64,000 nt of DNA from an uncultured Eubacteriales bacterium (GCA_905211265.1 CAJMAC010000004.1:41976-105975), one strand, 5' to 3'; positions 10,030-20,203 are shown, counted from the stretch's first letter. Program-made: numbers and translations. The notes: generated by a model not told the origin, from the sequence alone.

Positions 10030-12411
10030 CTACCAAGAACCTCCACCGCCTCCGCCTGAGCCGCCGCCAGATGATCCCCCGCCAGAGAAACTTCCTCCTG
10101 ATGAACCACTACTTGAAGAACTTTGGGACATTGATTTTTGTGCAGATGCCATCGTTGAATTCATAAATGTTCCAAATGTCATTATATTAAAACTACTTGG
10201 ACTATCATACCAAGATGGTGCTTGTAATGAAATAGTTTCAAACTTTTTAATCCATTTATCTGATACTCCTAATACGTAAGTATAAGGTAATATATCATAG
10301 AAATAAGTTGGATTTTGCATAACCATTGCCTCTAATTTATCTTTTTCAGCTGTTTCTAAAAAGTTTTTAAAGCCTTTTAATTTCCCTAATATTTCATTGC
10401 CATATGGAGTTCTTTTAGGTAAATATTTTAAACAAATTGCTAATCCTAAAATGCATAACATTCCTATAATATAAATAACTAAATATATATAATCTTGTAA
10501 TAATGATGGTAAAACCATAAATTTCAATGACATTCCAACCCACATTCCTCCTACAAATAAACCAAATAACTTAGTTATAATTGATGAATATGTTGGCTTA
10601 CCATTTACATATATTGTTCTAGTTCCTCCTAATAACAATGTAAACATTATTGTAAATCCAATACCAGGAAACAATAAAGCAGCCCAAATAATTTCTAATT
10701 CGCCATATTGAATAAGTGGTGGTATTGATATTAAACAATAAATAATTATAGCCATTAATATTATAAATATCTTTTTATCAGAAGCACTTTTCTCTAATAT
10801 TTTATTTTTATTATCTTCACTATTTATATTTGTTAATATAGCATTCGTTGTAACATAAAAATTATCACGTAAGTCTGATGAAGTTACTTCATCTATTTTG
10901 TTATTATAGTAAACTTCATTATCAATTTCAAATATTGAATCTTCAGGTTTTTTTGTAAATAATCCCCTTAAGAACATTCGCTCATTTATATCATTGCCAT
11001 GATATTCTTTTAATTTAGTAATTTTAAATCCATGAGAAGTTGAAAACAAACTTTTTTCTTCGTAATCAGATATTTTTATATATCCTTTATTGGCTAAATA
11101 CACAAGTAGAGATGTTACATCTCGTTCTACTGCTTTTCCTTTGTATAAAAAACCAACATCTAAACTATTGCATCCTGATGGTGGATAAAACTCAACAGTT
11201 TCAACAACAATGTCATCTTTTCCATATTTTTTCCATATTAAATATCCTATTAATAGGAATAGTATTGGAATTACAATAGAAATAATCATCATTAAATCTA
11301 GATTATTACTTGCACCGACAAAATATCCTTCGGGTAATTCTAATCTTACAGTTAATGCTTCACCTGGATTTAAAGTTCCATTTAATTTGCCTATAATAAC
11401 ATTACCATCCAGATCATAATCTATATTTGAACTATTTGTTGAACCTATTTTACCACTTGAAAAACCAAGTTTTGATTTATCAAATTCCTTAGGCATAGTA
11501 ATAGTAAAAGTTATATTACTTATTTTAGTATCCCACTCATCCCCAATTAAATTAAAATATAATTCATCATATCCTTTTCCAGTATCTTTTCCTAAATTAT
11601 ATAAATAACTAATGGTATAATTTTTTTGCCCTGTTACTGTATAATCAGGATTTCCTATTTTAATTACTTTATATATACCTTCATTAGATAATGAATAATT
11701 GTCATTAACATTAATATTGCTAATTTTTACACGATTATTCGAAGTTGTTCCATCTAATCTTGTTACTTTGTTTTTTAAAGGAATTTTTCTAAAAATACCA
11801 TGTTTATAAGTATTAAAATAAGCACCGATTTTTTCAGTAATATTTAAAGTATTATTCTCATTTACAACAATGTCTATATTATATTTATTAATTACATAAT
11901 CATATGAACTATATTGATTATTTTGACTAAGATTTTCTTTAGTAAGAGGCTTTCCTTTTACTGTGTAATAATTTATCTTAAAATAAGCTATATCATCAAT
12001 TTTATAATTACCTAAGAAGTCATTGTCATAAAGGATTATATTCATCTGATAATTATCTTTAGCAAGCCTAGGAGATTCTGTTTTAGTTGACCTAGCAACT
12101 ATTTTATAGTTTGTATCATAATAATCTATTGTCATATAAGCAGATAAATAATATCCACTAGTATTTATCATTTTTCCAAATAAGACTCCATATGAAGTTA
12201 ATCCTCCAGTATTTAAAGTAGATTTGCTAAAATATACTTCTGATAAAGAAAAATCTTCACCAACATAATTATAAGATACATCATCTATTTTTATAAAATC
12301 ACTAGAATATTTTTCAGCATTTACAACATTAGGAAAAACAAATAATCCCAATATAATAAATGCAATAAATGAATACACTTTGTTAATAATTCTTTTCATT
12401 TCACTCTCCAT
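10030..12411 (-). CDS. DUF2207-family membrane protein with Gly/Ser-rich C-terminal tail
   Basis: 793 aa: signal/TM, a large extracytoplasmic domain, a multi-TM region, then the tail SSSSSGSSGGSFSGGGSSGGGSGGGGGGSW. Sits immediately downstream of lemA. An alternative start (MKRII) at 12399 has GGAG upstream. Confidence 0.8.
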   Translation of the reverse strand: MESEMKRIINKVYSFIAFIILGLFVFPNVVNAEKYSSDFIKIDDVSYNYVGEDFSLSEVYFSKSTLNTGGLTSYGVLFGKMINTSGYYLSAYMTIDYYDTNYKIVARSTKTESPRLAKDNYQMNIILYDNDFLGNYKIDDIAYFKINYYTVKGKPLTKENLSQNNQYSSYDYVINKYNIDIVVNENNTLNITEKIGAYFNTYKHGIFRKIPLKNKVTRLDGTTSNNRVKISNINVNDNYSLSNEGIYKVIKIGNPDYTVTGQKNYTISYLYNLGKDTGKGYDELYFNLIGDEWDTKISNITFTITMPKEFDKSKLGFSSGKIGSTNSSNIDYDLDGNVIIGKLNGTLNPGEALTVRLELPEGYFVGASNNLDLMMIISIVIPILFLLIGYLIWKKYGKDDIVVETVEFYPPSGCNSLDVGFLYKGKAVERDVTSLLVYLANKGYIKISDYEEKSLFSTSHGFKITKLKEYHGNDINERMFLRGLFTKKPEDSIFEIDNEVYYNNKIDEVTSSDLRDNFYVTTNAILTNINSEDNKNKILEKSASDKKIFIILMAIIIYCLISIPPLIQYGELEIIWAALLFPGIGFTIMFTLLLGGTRTIYVNGKPTYSSIITKLFGLFVGGMWVGMSLKFMVLPSLLQDYIYLVIYIIGMLCILGLAICLKYLPKRTPYGNEILGKLKGFKNFLETAEKDKLEAMVMQNPTYFYDILPYTYVLGVSDKWIKKFETISLQAPSWYDSPSSFNIMTFGTFMNSTMASAQKSMSQSSSSSGSSGGSFSGGGSSGGGSGGGGGGSW

Positions 12412-12413
12412 AA

Positions 12414-12962
12414 TTATAATTTAATTTTTACGTTTTTTCGCTCATTTTCAGTAGCTTCAAACATTTTTCTTGTTTTATATCCAAATATACTAGCTATTAT
12501 ATTACTTGGAAACATTTGAACTTTATTATTGAAAATTCTTACAGTACCATTATAATATTTTCTAGCATTGGCAATATCGTCTTCAACTTTTACTAATTGT
12601 GTACTTAAATCTTTAAAATTTTCATTTGCTTTAAGTTCTGGATAAGACTCTGCTACTGCCATTAATTTATTAATACCTTGTGATAATTTATTATTAACTT
12701 CTACTTTATCATTTGTATTCATTTTATCATAGGAATTACTCCTTAAATTAGTAATTTCTTCTAAAGTATTTTTTTCATGTTTAGCATATCCTTTTACTAC
12801 TTCAACAAGATTAGGAATTAAATCCCATCTCTTTTTTAAATAAATATCCATTGTAGAAAATGCTTCTTCTACTTTATTGTTTAATTTTATTAGACTATTA
12901 TAAGTTGTTAATACCAACAATAAAAGTATTACAACTACTGCTATAATTATATATAACCACAT
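12414..12962 (-). CDS. lemA: LemA-family protein
   Basis: 182 aa with an N-terminal TM. LemA-like core (YNSLIKLNNKVEEAFSTMDIYLKKRWDLIPNLVE..YPELKA..ARKYYN). Confidence 0.9.
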   Translation of the reverse strand: MWLYIIIAVVVILLLLVLTTYNSLIKLNNKVEEAFSTMDIYLKKRWDLIPNLVEVVKGYAKHEKNTLEEITNLRSNSYDKMNTNDKVEVNNKLSQGINKLMAVAESYPELKANENFKDLSTQLVKVEDDIANARKYYNGTVRIFNNKVQMFPSNIIASIFGYKTRKMFEATENERKNVKIKL

Positions 12963-12984
12963 TCTTTTACACTCCTTTAGTATA

Positions 12985-12993
12985 ATTATACCA
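12985..12993 (-). promoter_or_regulatory. Extended -10 promoter element for lemA
   Basis: The minus strand reads TGGTATAAT (TGnTATAAT) about 20 nt upstream of the lemA RBS AAAGGAG. Confidence 0.45.
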
Positions 12994-13041
12994 CACTTTT
13001 TTATTTTTTATAAATTATTATCAGAACTCAAAAAATATATT

Positions 13042-13126
13042 AGTTTTGAGATTACAAGCTCAAAACTTCTTTTTAATAACCTTGGGTATTAAAAAGCCTT
13101 GGAATAACTTTTAAGTTATGAAAAGG
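13042..13126 (-). repeat. Triple-hairpin intergenic element, copy A (18 nt after the valS stop)
   Basis: Three adjacent hairpins: AGTTTTGAG(13042-50)/CTCAAAACT(13059-67); CTTTTTAATA(13069-78)/TATTAAAAAG(13087-96); CCTT..ATAACT/AGTTAT..AAGG(13097-13126). Aligns end to end with 20204-20288 and 37336-37425. Confidence 0.85.
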
Positions 13127-13144
13127 AAAAAAGAAATAGACGCG

Positions 13145-15688
13145 CTATTTCAATTTATTTTTAATTATTTCTAATTGTTCTAATTCTTTTGATAAATCTT
13201 CTTTTTCTTTATTTACTATATTGATAGGAGCTTTTGATGTATAGTTTTCGTTTGATAGTAATTTTTTTCTTCGTTCAATTGAATTAGTTAATCTTGTTAA
13301 TTCTTGTTCTAAGCGAGTATGCTCTTCCTCAAGATTTTTAGTATTATCATATACTATTTCTAATGATAAATTATTATATTCTACTTTTACTGTATTAGAA
13401 GTATTTTCAGTAGTTAATTTATCTTTTATTTTTAATGAATTTAATATTAAGTCTAAGTTATCATTATTTTTAATATTATTTATTACTTTAAAATCTGAAC
13501 CTATATTTAATTCTAATTTTTTATTTCTAAATAATGTAATAAATTCAAGAATGTTGTCTATTTCTTTTTCTTCTTTATTAAATACATATTCTTTTTCATA
13601 TTTAGGATAAGTACTTATCATTATAGATTCTGAGTCTTTAATTGGTAACATTTGATATATTTCTTCGGTTACATATGGCATGAATGGATGTAACATTTTA
13701 ATAATTGAAGTTAATACTTTTAATAATACACTTTTAGTAGTATTGTTTTGATTAAATTTAGATAATTCAATATATTTATCACAGAAATCAGTCCATATGA
13801 AATTATATAATGTATTTCCTACGATATTAAAATCATATTTATCCATTGATTTAGTAATGCTTTCTATTGTTTTATTTAATTTTGTTAATATCCATTTATC
13901 ACTATTAGTAAGATTATCTAATGTATAGTCTTTGTCGTTAAAGTCTTCTAGATTCATAAGTACATATCTTGAAGCATTCCATATTTTATTTATGAAATTC
14001 CAAGTTGATTTTACTTTTTCTTCATCATATCTTAAATCTTGTCCTGGTGCACTATTGGTAGTTAGGAAGAACCTTAATGAATCACAACCATATGTATCTA
14101 TTACATCCATTGGGTCTACTCCATTACCTAATGATTTAGACATTTTTCTTCCTTCTTTATCACGAATTAATCCGTGAATTAAGCAATCTTTGAATGGTCT
14201 TTTTTCTGTAAATTCAAGTGATTGGAATACCATACGACATACCCAGAAGAATATTATATCATAACCTGTTACTAATACATCATTTGGGAAATATCTTTTG
14301 AAATCAGATGTTTCATTTGGCCATCCTAAGGTTGCAAATGGCCATAAAGCACTAGAGAACCAAGTATCTAATACATCTTCATCTTGTGTCCAACCATCTT
14401 CTTGCGGTGAATTTATTCCTACATATACTTCATCATTTTTATACCATGCTGGAATTCTATGTCCCCACCATAATTGACGAGATATACACCAATCATGGCA
14501 ATCTTCCATCCAATTAATTAATATTTTTTCAAATCTTTCTGGTACAAAGTTTACTTTGGTATCTTTATTTTTTTGATTATCTAATACTTGTTTAGATAAT
14601 TTTTTCATATCTACAAACCATTGCTTAGATAAGTAAGGTTCAACCATTACTCCGGTTCTTTCTGAATGTCCTACATTATGAGTAATTTTTTCTATACTTA
14701 TTAATAAGTCTTGTTCCTTTAAATCTTCGACTAATTTTTTTCTACATTCAAATCTATCTAATCCTTTATAGATACCAGCATTTTCATTCATTGTAGCATC
14801 ATCATTCATTACGATTATTCTTTCAAGGTTATGTCTATTACCTACTTCAAAGTCATTTGGATCATGAGCAGGTGTTATTTTAACTACACCAGTACCAAAG
14901 TCCATATCAGCATGATTATCTCCGATTATTGGAATTAGTTTATTTACTATTGGTAATACAACATTTTTTCCTATTAATTTATTATATCTTGTATCTTCTG
15001 GATTAACTGCTACGGCAGTATCTCCGAATAATGTTTCTGGTCTTGTTGTAGCAACTTCTAGAAAGTCATTTGTTCCTTCGATAAAATATTTTATGTGATA
15101 AAATGCTCCTTCGGTATCTTTATAGATAACTTCTTCATTTGATAAAGCTGTTTTAGCTTCAGGATCCCAGTTTATTATACGTTCTCCGCGATAAATTAAT
15201 CCTTCATTATATAGTTTACAAAATACTGTTTTTACTGCTAGTGTTAGGTTTTCATCTAGGGTAAATGCTTCTTTATTGTAATCTACTGATAAACCTAATT
15301 TTGCCCATTGTTTTCTTATGTTATCACTATATTCATGTGTCCAATTCCAACATTCTTCAAGAAATTTTTCTCTACCTAATATTGATTTATTTTTTCCTTG
15401 TTCTTTTATTCTTTTTACTACTTTTGCTTCAGTTGCTATTGCAGCATGGTCCATTCCTGGTAACCATAAGCAGTCATAACCTTGCATTCTTTTATATCTT
15501 ATAATTATATCTTGTAATGTTGTATCCCATGCATGTCCTAAATGTAATTTACCTGTTACATTTGGCGGAGGTATAACTATACAAAATGGTTCTTTGGTTA
15601 AATCACCAGAATTAAAATATCCTTTTTCTTTCCATTTATTGTATTTGTCTTTTTCTACTTCGATATGATTATATTTCTTGTCTAACAT
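13145..15688 (-). CDS. valS: Valine--tRNA ligase
   Basis: 847 aa. Class I HIGH ([12 protein letters not shown]) and KMSKS motifs, plus the C-terminal coiled coil typical of ValRS. Confidence 0.95.
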   Translation of the reverse strand: MLDKKYNHIEVEKDKYNKWKEKGYFNSGDLTKEPFCIVIPPPNVTGKLHLGHAWDTTLQDIIIRYKRMQGYDCLWLPGMDHAAIATEAKVVKRIKEQGKNKSILGREKFLEECWNWTHEYSDNIRKQWAKLGLSVDYNKEAFTLDENLTLAVKTVFCKLYNEGLIYRGERIINWDPEAKTALSNEEVIYKDTEGAFYHIKYFIEGTNDFLEVATTRPETLFGDTAVAVNPEDTRYNKLIGKNVVLPIVNKLIPIIGDNHADMDFGTGVVKITPAHDPNDFEVGNRHNLERIIVMNDDATMNENAGIYKGLDRFECRKKLVEDLKEQDLLISIEKITHNVGHSERTGVMVEPYLSKQWFVDMKKLSKQVLDNQKNKDTKVNFVPERFEKILINWMEDCHDWCISRQLWWGHRIPAWYKNDEVYVGINSPQEDGWTQDEDVLDTWFSSALWPFATLGWPNETSDFKRYFPNDVLVTGYDIIFFWVCRMVFQSLEFTEKRPFKDCLIHGLIRDKEGRKMSKSLGNGVDPMDVIDTYGCDSLRFFLTTNSAPGQDLRYDEEKVKSTWNFINKIWNASRYVLMNLEDFNDKDYTLDNLTNSDKWILTKLNKTIESITKSMDKYDFNIVGNTLYNFIWTDFCDKYIELSKFNQNNTTKSVLLKVLTSIIKMLHPFMPYVTEEIYQMLPIKDSESIMISTYPKYEKEYVFNKEEKEIDNILEFITLFRNKKLELNIGSDFKVINNIKNNDNLDLILNSLKIKDKLTTENTSNTVKVEYNNLSLEIVYDNTKNLEEEHTRLEQELTRLTNSIERRKKLLSNENYTSKAPINIVNKEKEDLSKELEQLEIIKNKLK

Positions 15689-16442
15689 TTAAATCGCCTA
15701 TCTTTCTTTCTGTATACATATTTAATATTTTTTGAATTGCTGTAAAGAATTTTTTTATTTCATCATCACTAAAATTTAATGATTCAATTAATTTATTTAT
15801 ATAATTATTTTCTCTTAATATATAGTAACTATATCTTGAAGATAAAGAGAATACATTTGATAATACTAATAATACTTCATCTGAATTATTTTCTGTTAAT
15901 TTATTTGGAATGGTTTTAAATTTTTTAAATTCATCATATACCATTGCTGTAGGATAAGATTCTATTCTAGTATCAATATATGGATAATTTATTGCTAGTC
16001 TAAATGTATCTAATTTATGGGCATCTTTTAATACATCACAAAAGTATACTATTTTTTGATCTAGGTTACTAGGGTATCCTTCTTTATTTAGAGAATATAT
16101 AGCAAATTTAATTATTCCATCATATTTTGTTTCGGGAGTTATTTTTCTTATCATTCCATTTGTAAATAATAATTCTAAGGTTTTATTTGTATAATCTTCA
16201 TTATTATCATTTATTATATGAAATTCTGGATTTTTATCAAAGCTTCCTATTTCATGAAATAATCCAATTAATTCACAGACGGTTATTTCTTCTTCGGTAA
16301 AGACTCCTAAGTTAGTGGCTATATCTTTTGCTAACTCCATTGTTTTTAAACTATGAAAATATTTTACTTTAATATTAGCATTATTCATATCAAAATTTTT
16401 CATGTATTGTTCAAAAATTCTCATTATTCTACTACTTCTCAT
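15669..16442 (-). CDS. HD-superfamily domain protein of unknown function
   Basis: 257 aa. His at KYFHSLK, then [11 protein letters not shown] (HE instead of canonical HD), then KDAHKLD. Strong RBS AAGGAGG. The stop overlaps the valS start by 20 nt. Confidence 0.65.
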   Translation of the reverse strand: MRSSRIMRIFEQYMKNFDMNNANIKVKYFHSLKTMELAKDIATNLGVFTEEEITVCELIGLFHEIGSFDKNPEFHIINDNNEDYTNKTLELLFTNGMIRKITPETKYDGIIKFAIYSLNKEGYPSNLDQKIVYFCDVLKDAHKLDTFRLAINYPYIDTRIESYPTAMVYDEFKKFKTIPNKLTENNSDEVLLVLSNVFSLSSRYSYYILRENNYINKLIESLNFSDDEIKKFFTAIQKILNMYTERKIGDLNVRQEI

Positions 16443-16461
16443 AAATCCTCCTTAAAATTTT

Positions 16462-16660
16462 AAAAAAAGATAATTCTATCCAAAGGACGAATTATCGTGG
16501 TACCACCTTAATTTATACTTATTACTGATAACGCAAGCGAATGCGGTAATTCAACTCACAAGCAACCTTCAATTAAATTAATCTAGAAACTTTCACCATA
16601 TTTTCCTCGCTATAAGATTATTAGATAATTTACTCCTCTTGTTCTTCGTCTTTTAATATA
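16462..16660 (-). promoter_or_regulatory. T-box riboswitch leader, Val (GUU) specifier
   Basis: The minus strand carries the T-box sequence AAGGTGGTACCACG (plus 16496-16509). The terminator is GATAATTC/GAATTATC (16469-16496) followed by T7. Stem I elements include AGCGA and GGTGAAAG. The specifier loop reads GAAG-GTT-G just before the closing stem CTTGT. Confidence 0.85.
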
Positions 16661-16665
16661 AGATA

Positions 16666-16694
16666 ATTATATAATGTATTTTTAAATTTTACAA
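16666..16694 (-). promoter_or_regulatory. Sigma-A promoter of the T-box/HD/valS operon
   Basis: Minus strand: TTGTAA (16689-16694), 17 nt, TATAAT (16666-16671). Confidence 0.6.
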
Positions 16695-16765
16695 GTAATT
16701 TATTAATTTTTTCTTTATTTTTTATTATATTTATTATATAATTGTTATAGTAAGAGGTGTTAAAT

Positions 16766-17464
16766 ATGGATAGTCCTATTAAATATCAAGAAGATGATTA
16801 TGGAATTATATATAGTTATTTAGATTCTTATATATCTGTTCCTAATGGTATACAAAATAATATTAAGTTATGTTTGTCTTTTGAAAAGAATCAAACTGAT
16901 TTAGTTAATTCGATGAATAAATATAGAACTGAAGGAAATATATTATTTTTAACTATTACGAATAATATACCTGAGGTTGATTATATTTATGAACTTTCTA
17001 GAATTAAAAGACTTGTTAATCAGGTATATAATTTAGTTTTAAAAGAAAAAAATTTATCTAGAGATAAATTTATTAGAAAAATAGAAATATTAAATAATGG
17101 TAATAATAAAGAATTTGTTAATTGGTTATGTGAACATTATTCAAATAAATTTTATAAAAGTGGAATGCAAGTAGATAATGTATTTAAAAATAATGATGTT
17201 ATTTTTAATACTCCAAAAACAGATACTGTAAATAATGTTCCTGTGGTTAATTCTAGTTATACTCCAACTGATGAGAAACTATCTATTGGAGAAATAGATC
17301 CTGTTTATAAAACATTACCTAATCCTAATACACAAGTTAATAATGGTGGTTTTTATAGATCTTCAAATAATAATGCTGCATTTATAAAATTACCTATGAT
17401 AATATTAGTATTACTTTTATCTACAATTATTGGGGTTGGTATATCTATATTTATGCTAAAATAA
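16766..17464 (+). CDS. Hypothetical tail-anchored membrane protein
   Basis: The ATG at 16766 follows RBS AAGAGGTG (the tracked start 16757 is a GTG). A single C-terminal TM (LPMIILVLLLSTIIGVGISIFML). No recognisable family. Confidence 0.6.
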   Translation: MDSPIKYQEDDYGIIYSYLDSYISVPNGIQNNIKLCLSFEKNQTDLVNSMNKYRTEGNILFLTITNNIPEVDYIYELSRIKRLVNQVYNLVLKEKNLSRDKFIRKIEILNNGNNKEFVNWLCEHYSNKFYKSGMQVDNVFKNNDVIFNTPKTDTVNNVPVVNSSYTPTDEKLSIGEIDPVYKTLPNPNTQVNNGGFYRSSNNNAAFIKLPMIILVLLLSTIIGVGISIFMLK

Positions 17465-17471
17465 ACATTAA

Positions 17472-17497
17472 AAAAGTCAGATTAATTTCTGGCTTTT
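17472..17497. terminator. Bidirectional hairpin between convergent genes
   Basis: AAAAGTCAGA / TCTGGCTTTT form a 10-bp stem (one G-T pair) with a 6-nt loop. A/T runs flank both sides. The hairpin overlaps the stop codon of the minus-strand gene. Confidence 0.6.
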
Positions 17498-17750
17498 ATC
17501 TTTCATAAGACTCTTTTACTAATCTATTAAATAATGGTATTATTTCTTGAAGTACTTCTGGGTTATCTTCCATACAAAGTGAACCATTTGGATTTACTCT
17601 AAGTATGAAATAATTATCTAAGGTATCTGTTTCATCTTCGTTTACATCATCTGCATATATGTATGTTGTATTATTATATACTAATTTTTCTAGAATAATT
17701 ATTTTTCTTCCATTATTTAGTTTTAAGATATTTAATTTTTCAAATTGCAT
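17496..17750 (-). CDS. Small acidic hypothetical protein (possibly DUF1292/UPF0473-like)
   Basis: 84 aa with RBS AGAGGTG. The layout, with an acidic central stretch DDVNEDETDTLDN, resembles DUF1292 proteins. The assignment is tentative. Confidence 0.5.
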   Translation of the reverse strand: MQFEKLNILKLNNGRKIIILEKLVYNNTTYIYADDVNEDETDTLDNYFILRVNPNGSLCMEDNPEVLQEIIPLFNRLVKESYER

Positions 17751-17761
17751 AAAACACCTCT

Positions 17762-19171
17762 TTATCTTGCTTTTATTTTATTATATTGTGCGGTAACATT
17801 ATCTGATAATTGATCACTTATATTTTCTAATTCTGCAATATTTTGATAATATGAATCATATCTTTGGTGAGTTTTATCATTTCTTGCTTGATTTAATTTT
17901 AAGTAAACTCTTGATAAGTTGGCTTTTATTTTTTCAGTTTCTTCTTCAGATAAATTATCTTTATTTTCTTCGAGTAATTGCTTTGCTACTTCAATGTTTT
18001 CTCTTGCTTTATCTACTATTTTACTTTCTGGTGTTTTAACTATTCCACCAATTAAATTACTGATTGTATCTCCAATGTTTGTATTCTTTTTTTCTGCTTT
18101 TGCTTTTATTTCAAGTAATTTTTGTGCTGTTATATTTTTTAATCCTAAGATTATTCTTAGTCCTTTTTTTAGTTTTAGTTTTGTTTCTAATAAGAAGTTA
18201 GAATGAGTTTCTACTAAGGTTAAATCATCTGAAGTAGGTACTGTTAATTCTTGAGATGTATTTTTTGGTTGCTCTTGTAATTTTTCTACTTCTATATTAT
18301 TTGGAGTATCTTCTTTAATTTCTTCTATTTCAAAACTAATTGGTTTATTGTTTTGTAATGGTTTATCATCAACTTTATTTTCTTGTTTTACAGGAAATGG
18401 TATGTCTATTTTTTTAGTTTGTTCCTCTGTTACTATAGGTTCCACATCTACTGTTTGTATTTTTTCACTTAATTTATCTTCAATACTATTTAATGAACTA
18501 TTTATATTTTTTACTTTTTTAAGAAATTCATTATCTTGTTGTTCTTCATTATCTTTTTTATCTTCTTGTTTTATTAAATTATCTTCTTTTTCTATTTGTT
18601 TAATATCACTATATAGTCCTTTTTCATTTAGAATTAGTTGTTTTCTAGTTTCTAATTCGTTTACTTGTTTTATATTTTTATTAATTATTTCTCTTATTAC
18701 TCTTTGTTCTTCTTTTTCTAATGAACCTTCGTTTAATATTTTTAATCTACGATCGATTCCTGATTGTAATTTTTCTATTTGTTTATCTATATTGTTTATT
18801 TCAGGTATTCTTGATAATACGTATTCTTTTCTTTCTTTTAGTTTAATACGCATATTATCTATTCTTTGATTTTCTATAATTTGTTCATTATTTTTGTCTA
18901 TTATTTTTCTTTTAATATCTTCAATTTCACTAAGTATTTTTTCTTTATCTTTTAAATTATTAATTTCTACTTCTTCAGATAGAATTGTTAATCTTAGTGG
19001 TAAGTTTTTAGGATTATATTTATCTAAATTACTTGGTAAGATATTATTTAAAGAATTTTCTTTGATTAGTTTAAACAATGGTAATAATAAGTCATTTCTT
19101 TCTTGATTTTTTGAAGATAATCTTTTTTCTAATTTTTCTATTTCTTGTTTTATTTCGATATAACTATTCAT
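17762..19171 (-). CDS. Lys/Glu-rich coiled-coil protein of unknown function
   Basis: 469 aa. Long heptad-like charged segments at both ends flank a low-complexity centre. No TM and no enzymatic motif. Confidence 0.6.
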   Translation of the reverse strand: MNSYIEIKQEIEKLEKRLSSKNQERNDLLLPLFKLIKENSLNNILPSNLDKYNPKNLPLRLTILSEEVEINNLKDKEKILSEIEDIKRKIIDKNNEQIIENQRIDNMRIKLKERKEYVLSRIPEINNIDKQIEKLQSGIDRRLKILNEGSLEKEEQRVIREIINKNIKQVNELETRKQLILNEKGLYSDIKQIEKEDNLIKQEDKKDNEEQQDNEFLKKVKNINSSLNSIEDKLSEKIQTVDVEPIVTEEQTKKIDIPFPVKQENKVDDKPLQNNKPISFEIEEIKEDTPNNIEVEKLQEQPKNTSQELTVPTSDDLTLVETHSNFLLETKLKLKKGLRIILGLKNITAQKLLEIKAKAEKKNTNIGDTISNLIGGIVKTPESKIVDKARENIEVAKQLLEENKDNLSEEETEKIKANLSRVYLKLNQARNDKTHQRYDSYYQNIAELENISDQLSDNVTAQYNKIKAR

Positions 19172-19193
19172 ACTAGCTCACCATTACTTTCTA

Positions 19194-20129
19194 TTAGTCT
19201 TTTGTTATAACAGTTCCTGTTTGTCCTTTTAAGGCTTGAATTGCTTTGTCTAATGATGTTATTATTGCTTTTCCTTGTGGGAAGTTTTCTACAAAGTTTA
19301 GACATGCTTCAACTTTTGGTAGCATACTTCCTTTAGCAAATTCTCCTTGGCCAATATATTTTCTTGCCTCAATATCTGTTAAGGTATCTAAGGCTTGTTC
19401 GTTTTCTTTATTAAAGTTTATATATACTTTTTCTACTGCAGTTAAAATAAGTAAAATATCAGCATTTAATTGAGTAGCTAATTTGGCACTTGATAAATCT
19501 TTATCTATTACGGCATCTACTCCTTTATAACCTTCTTCTGTTTTGATTACAGGAATTCCTCCTCCTCCAACAGAAATTACTACTGTATTTGAATCTACTA
19601 ATTTTTTAATAGTATTTAATTCTATAATGTTGATTGGTTTTGGAGAAGGTACTACTCTACGATAACCTCTTCCTGCATCTTCAACAAAAGTATATCCTTT
19701 TTCTTTTACTATTTTGTCTGCTTCTTCTTTGGAGTAGAACATTCCTACTGGTTTAGTTGGATTATTAAATGCTTTATCTGAACTTGATACTTCAACTTGG
19801 GTTACTATGGTTACACAATCTTCTTTTATGTTACTCTTTCTTAATTCTTCACTTATTGATTGTTGTAAATGATATCCTATATAACCTTGACTCATTGCAC
19901 CACATTCTGCGAACGGCATACTAGGAGTTCCTGCATTACCGGCATGAGCAAAATCCATTGCTAGATTAATCATTCCTACTTGTGGACCATTACCATGCGC
20001 TATTATTACTTGATGTCCTTCTTTTACTATTTCTACAATGCTTTTAGCAGTTTCTTTTACTAATTTTAATTGTTCTTCTGGAGTTTTACCTAAGGCATTA
20101 CCTCCAAGTGCTATTACTATTTTACTCAT
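19194..20129 (-). CDS. arcC: Carbamate kinase
   Basis: 311 aa. Motifs [11 protein letters not shown] and [10 protein letters not shown]; amino-acid-kinase fold typical of ArcC. Confidence 0.9.
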   Translation of the reverse strand: MSKIVIALGGNALGKTPEEQLKLVKETAKSIVEIVKEGHQVIIAHGNGPQVGMINLAMDFAHAGNAGTPSMPFAECGAMSQGYIGYHLQQSISEELRKSNIKEDCVTIVTQVEVSSSDKAFNNPTKPVGMFYSKEEADKIVKEKGYTFVEDAGRGYRRVVPSPKPINIIELNTIKKLVDSNTVVISVGGGGIPVIKTEEGYKGVDAVIDKDLSSAKLATQLNADILLILTAVEKVYINFNKENEQALDTLTDIEARKYIGQGEFAKGSMLPKVEACLNFVENFPQGKAIITSLDKAIQALKGQTGTVITKD

Positions 20130-20203
20130 TTTATCATACCTTTCATAGTAATTATATCATTTTAACTAGTTTTAGTAAATAATTTTATTAAAATTTATAA
20201 TTT

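Noticed and set aside
9912-10109. A 65-aa minus-strand ORF with an unusually GC-rich 5' part.
   Set aside because: It lies on the same strand as the DUF2207 gene but in a different reading frame, and its GC-rich 5' part overlaps that gene's poly-Gly/Ser tail. The remainder runs through the terminator and promoter spacer. It has no RBS.
13027-13066. A possible alternative pairing in repeat copy A (CTCAAAA at 13027-33 with TTTTGAG at 13044-50), which would suggest a riboswitch-like mutually exclusive structure.
   Set aside because: The upstream CTCAAAA arm is absent from copies B and C, so it is not a conserved part of the element.
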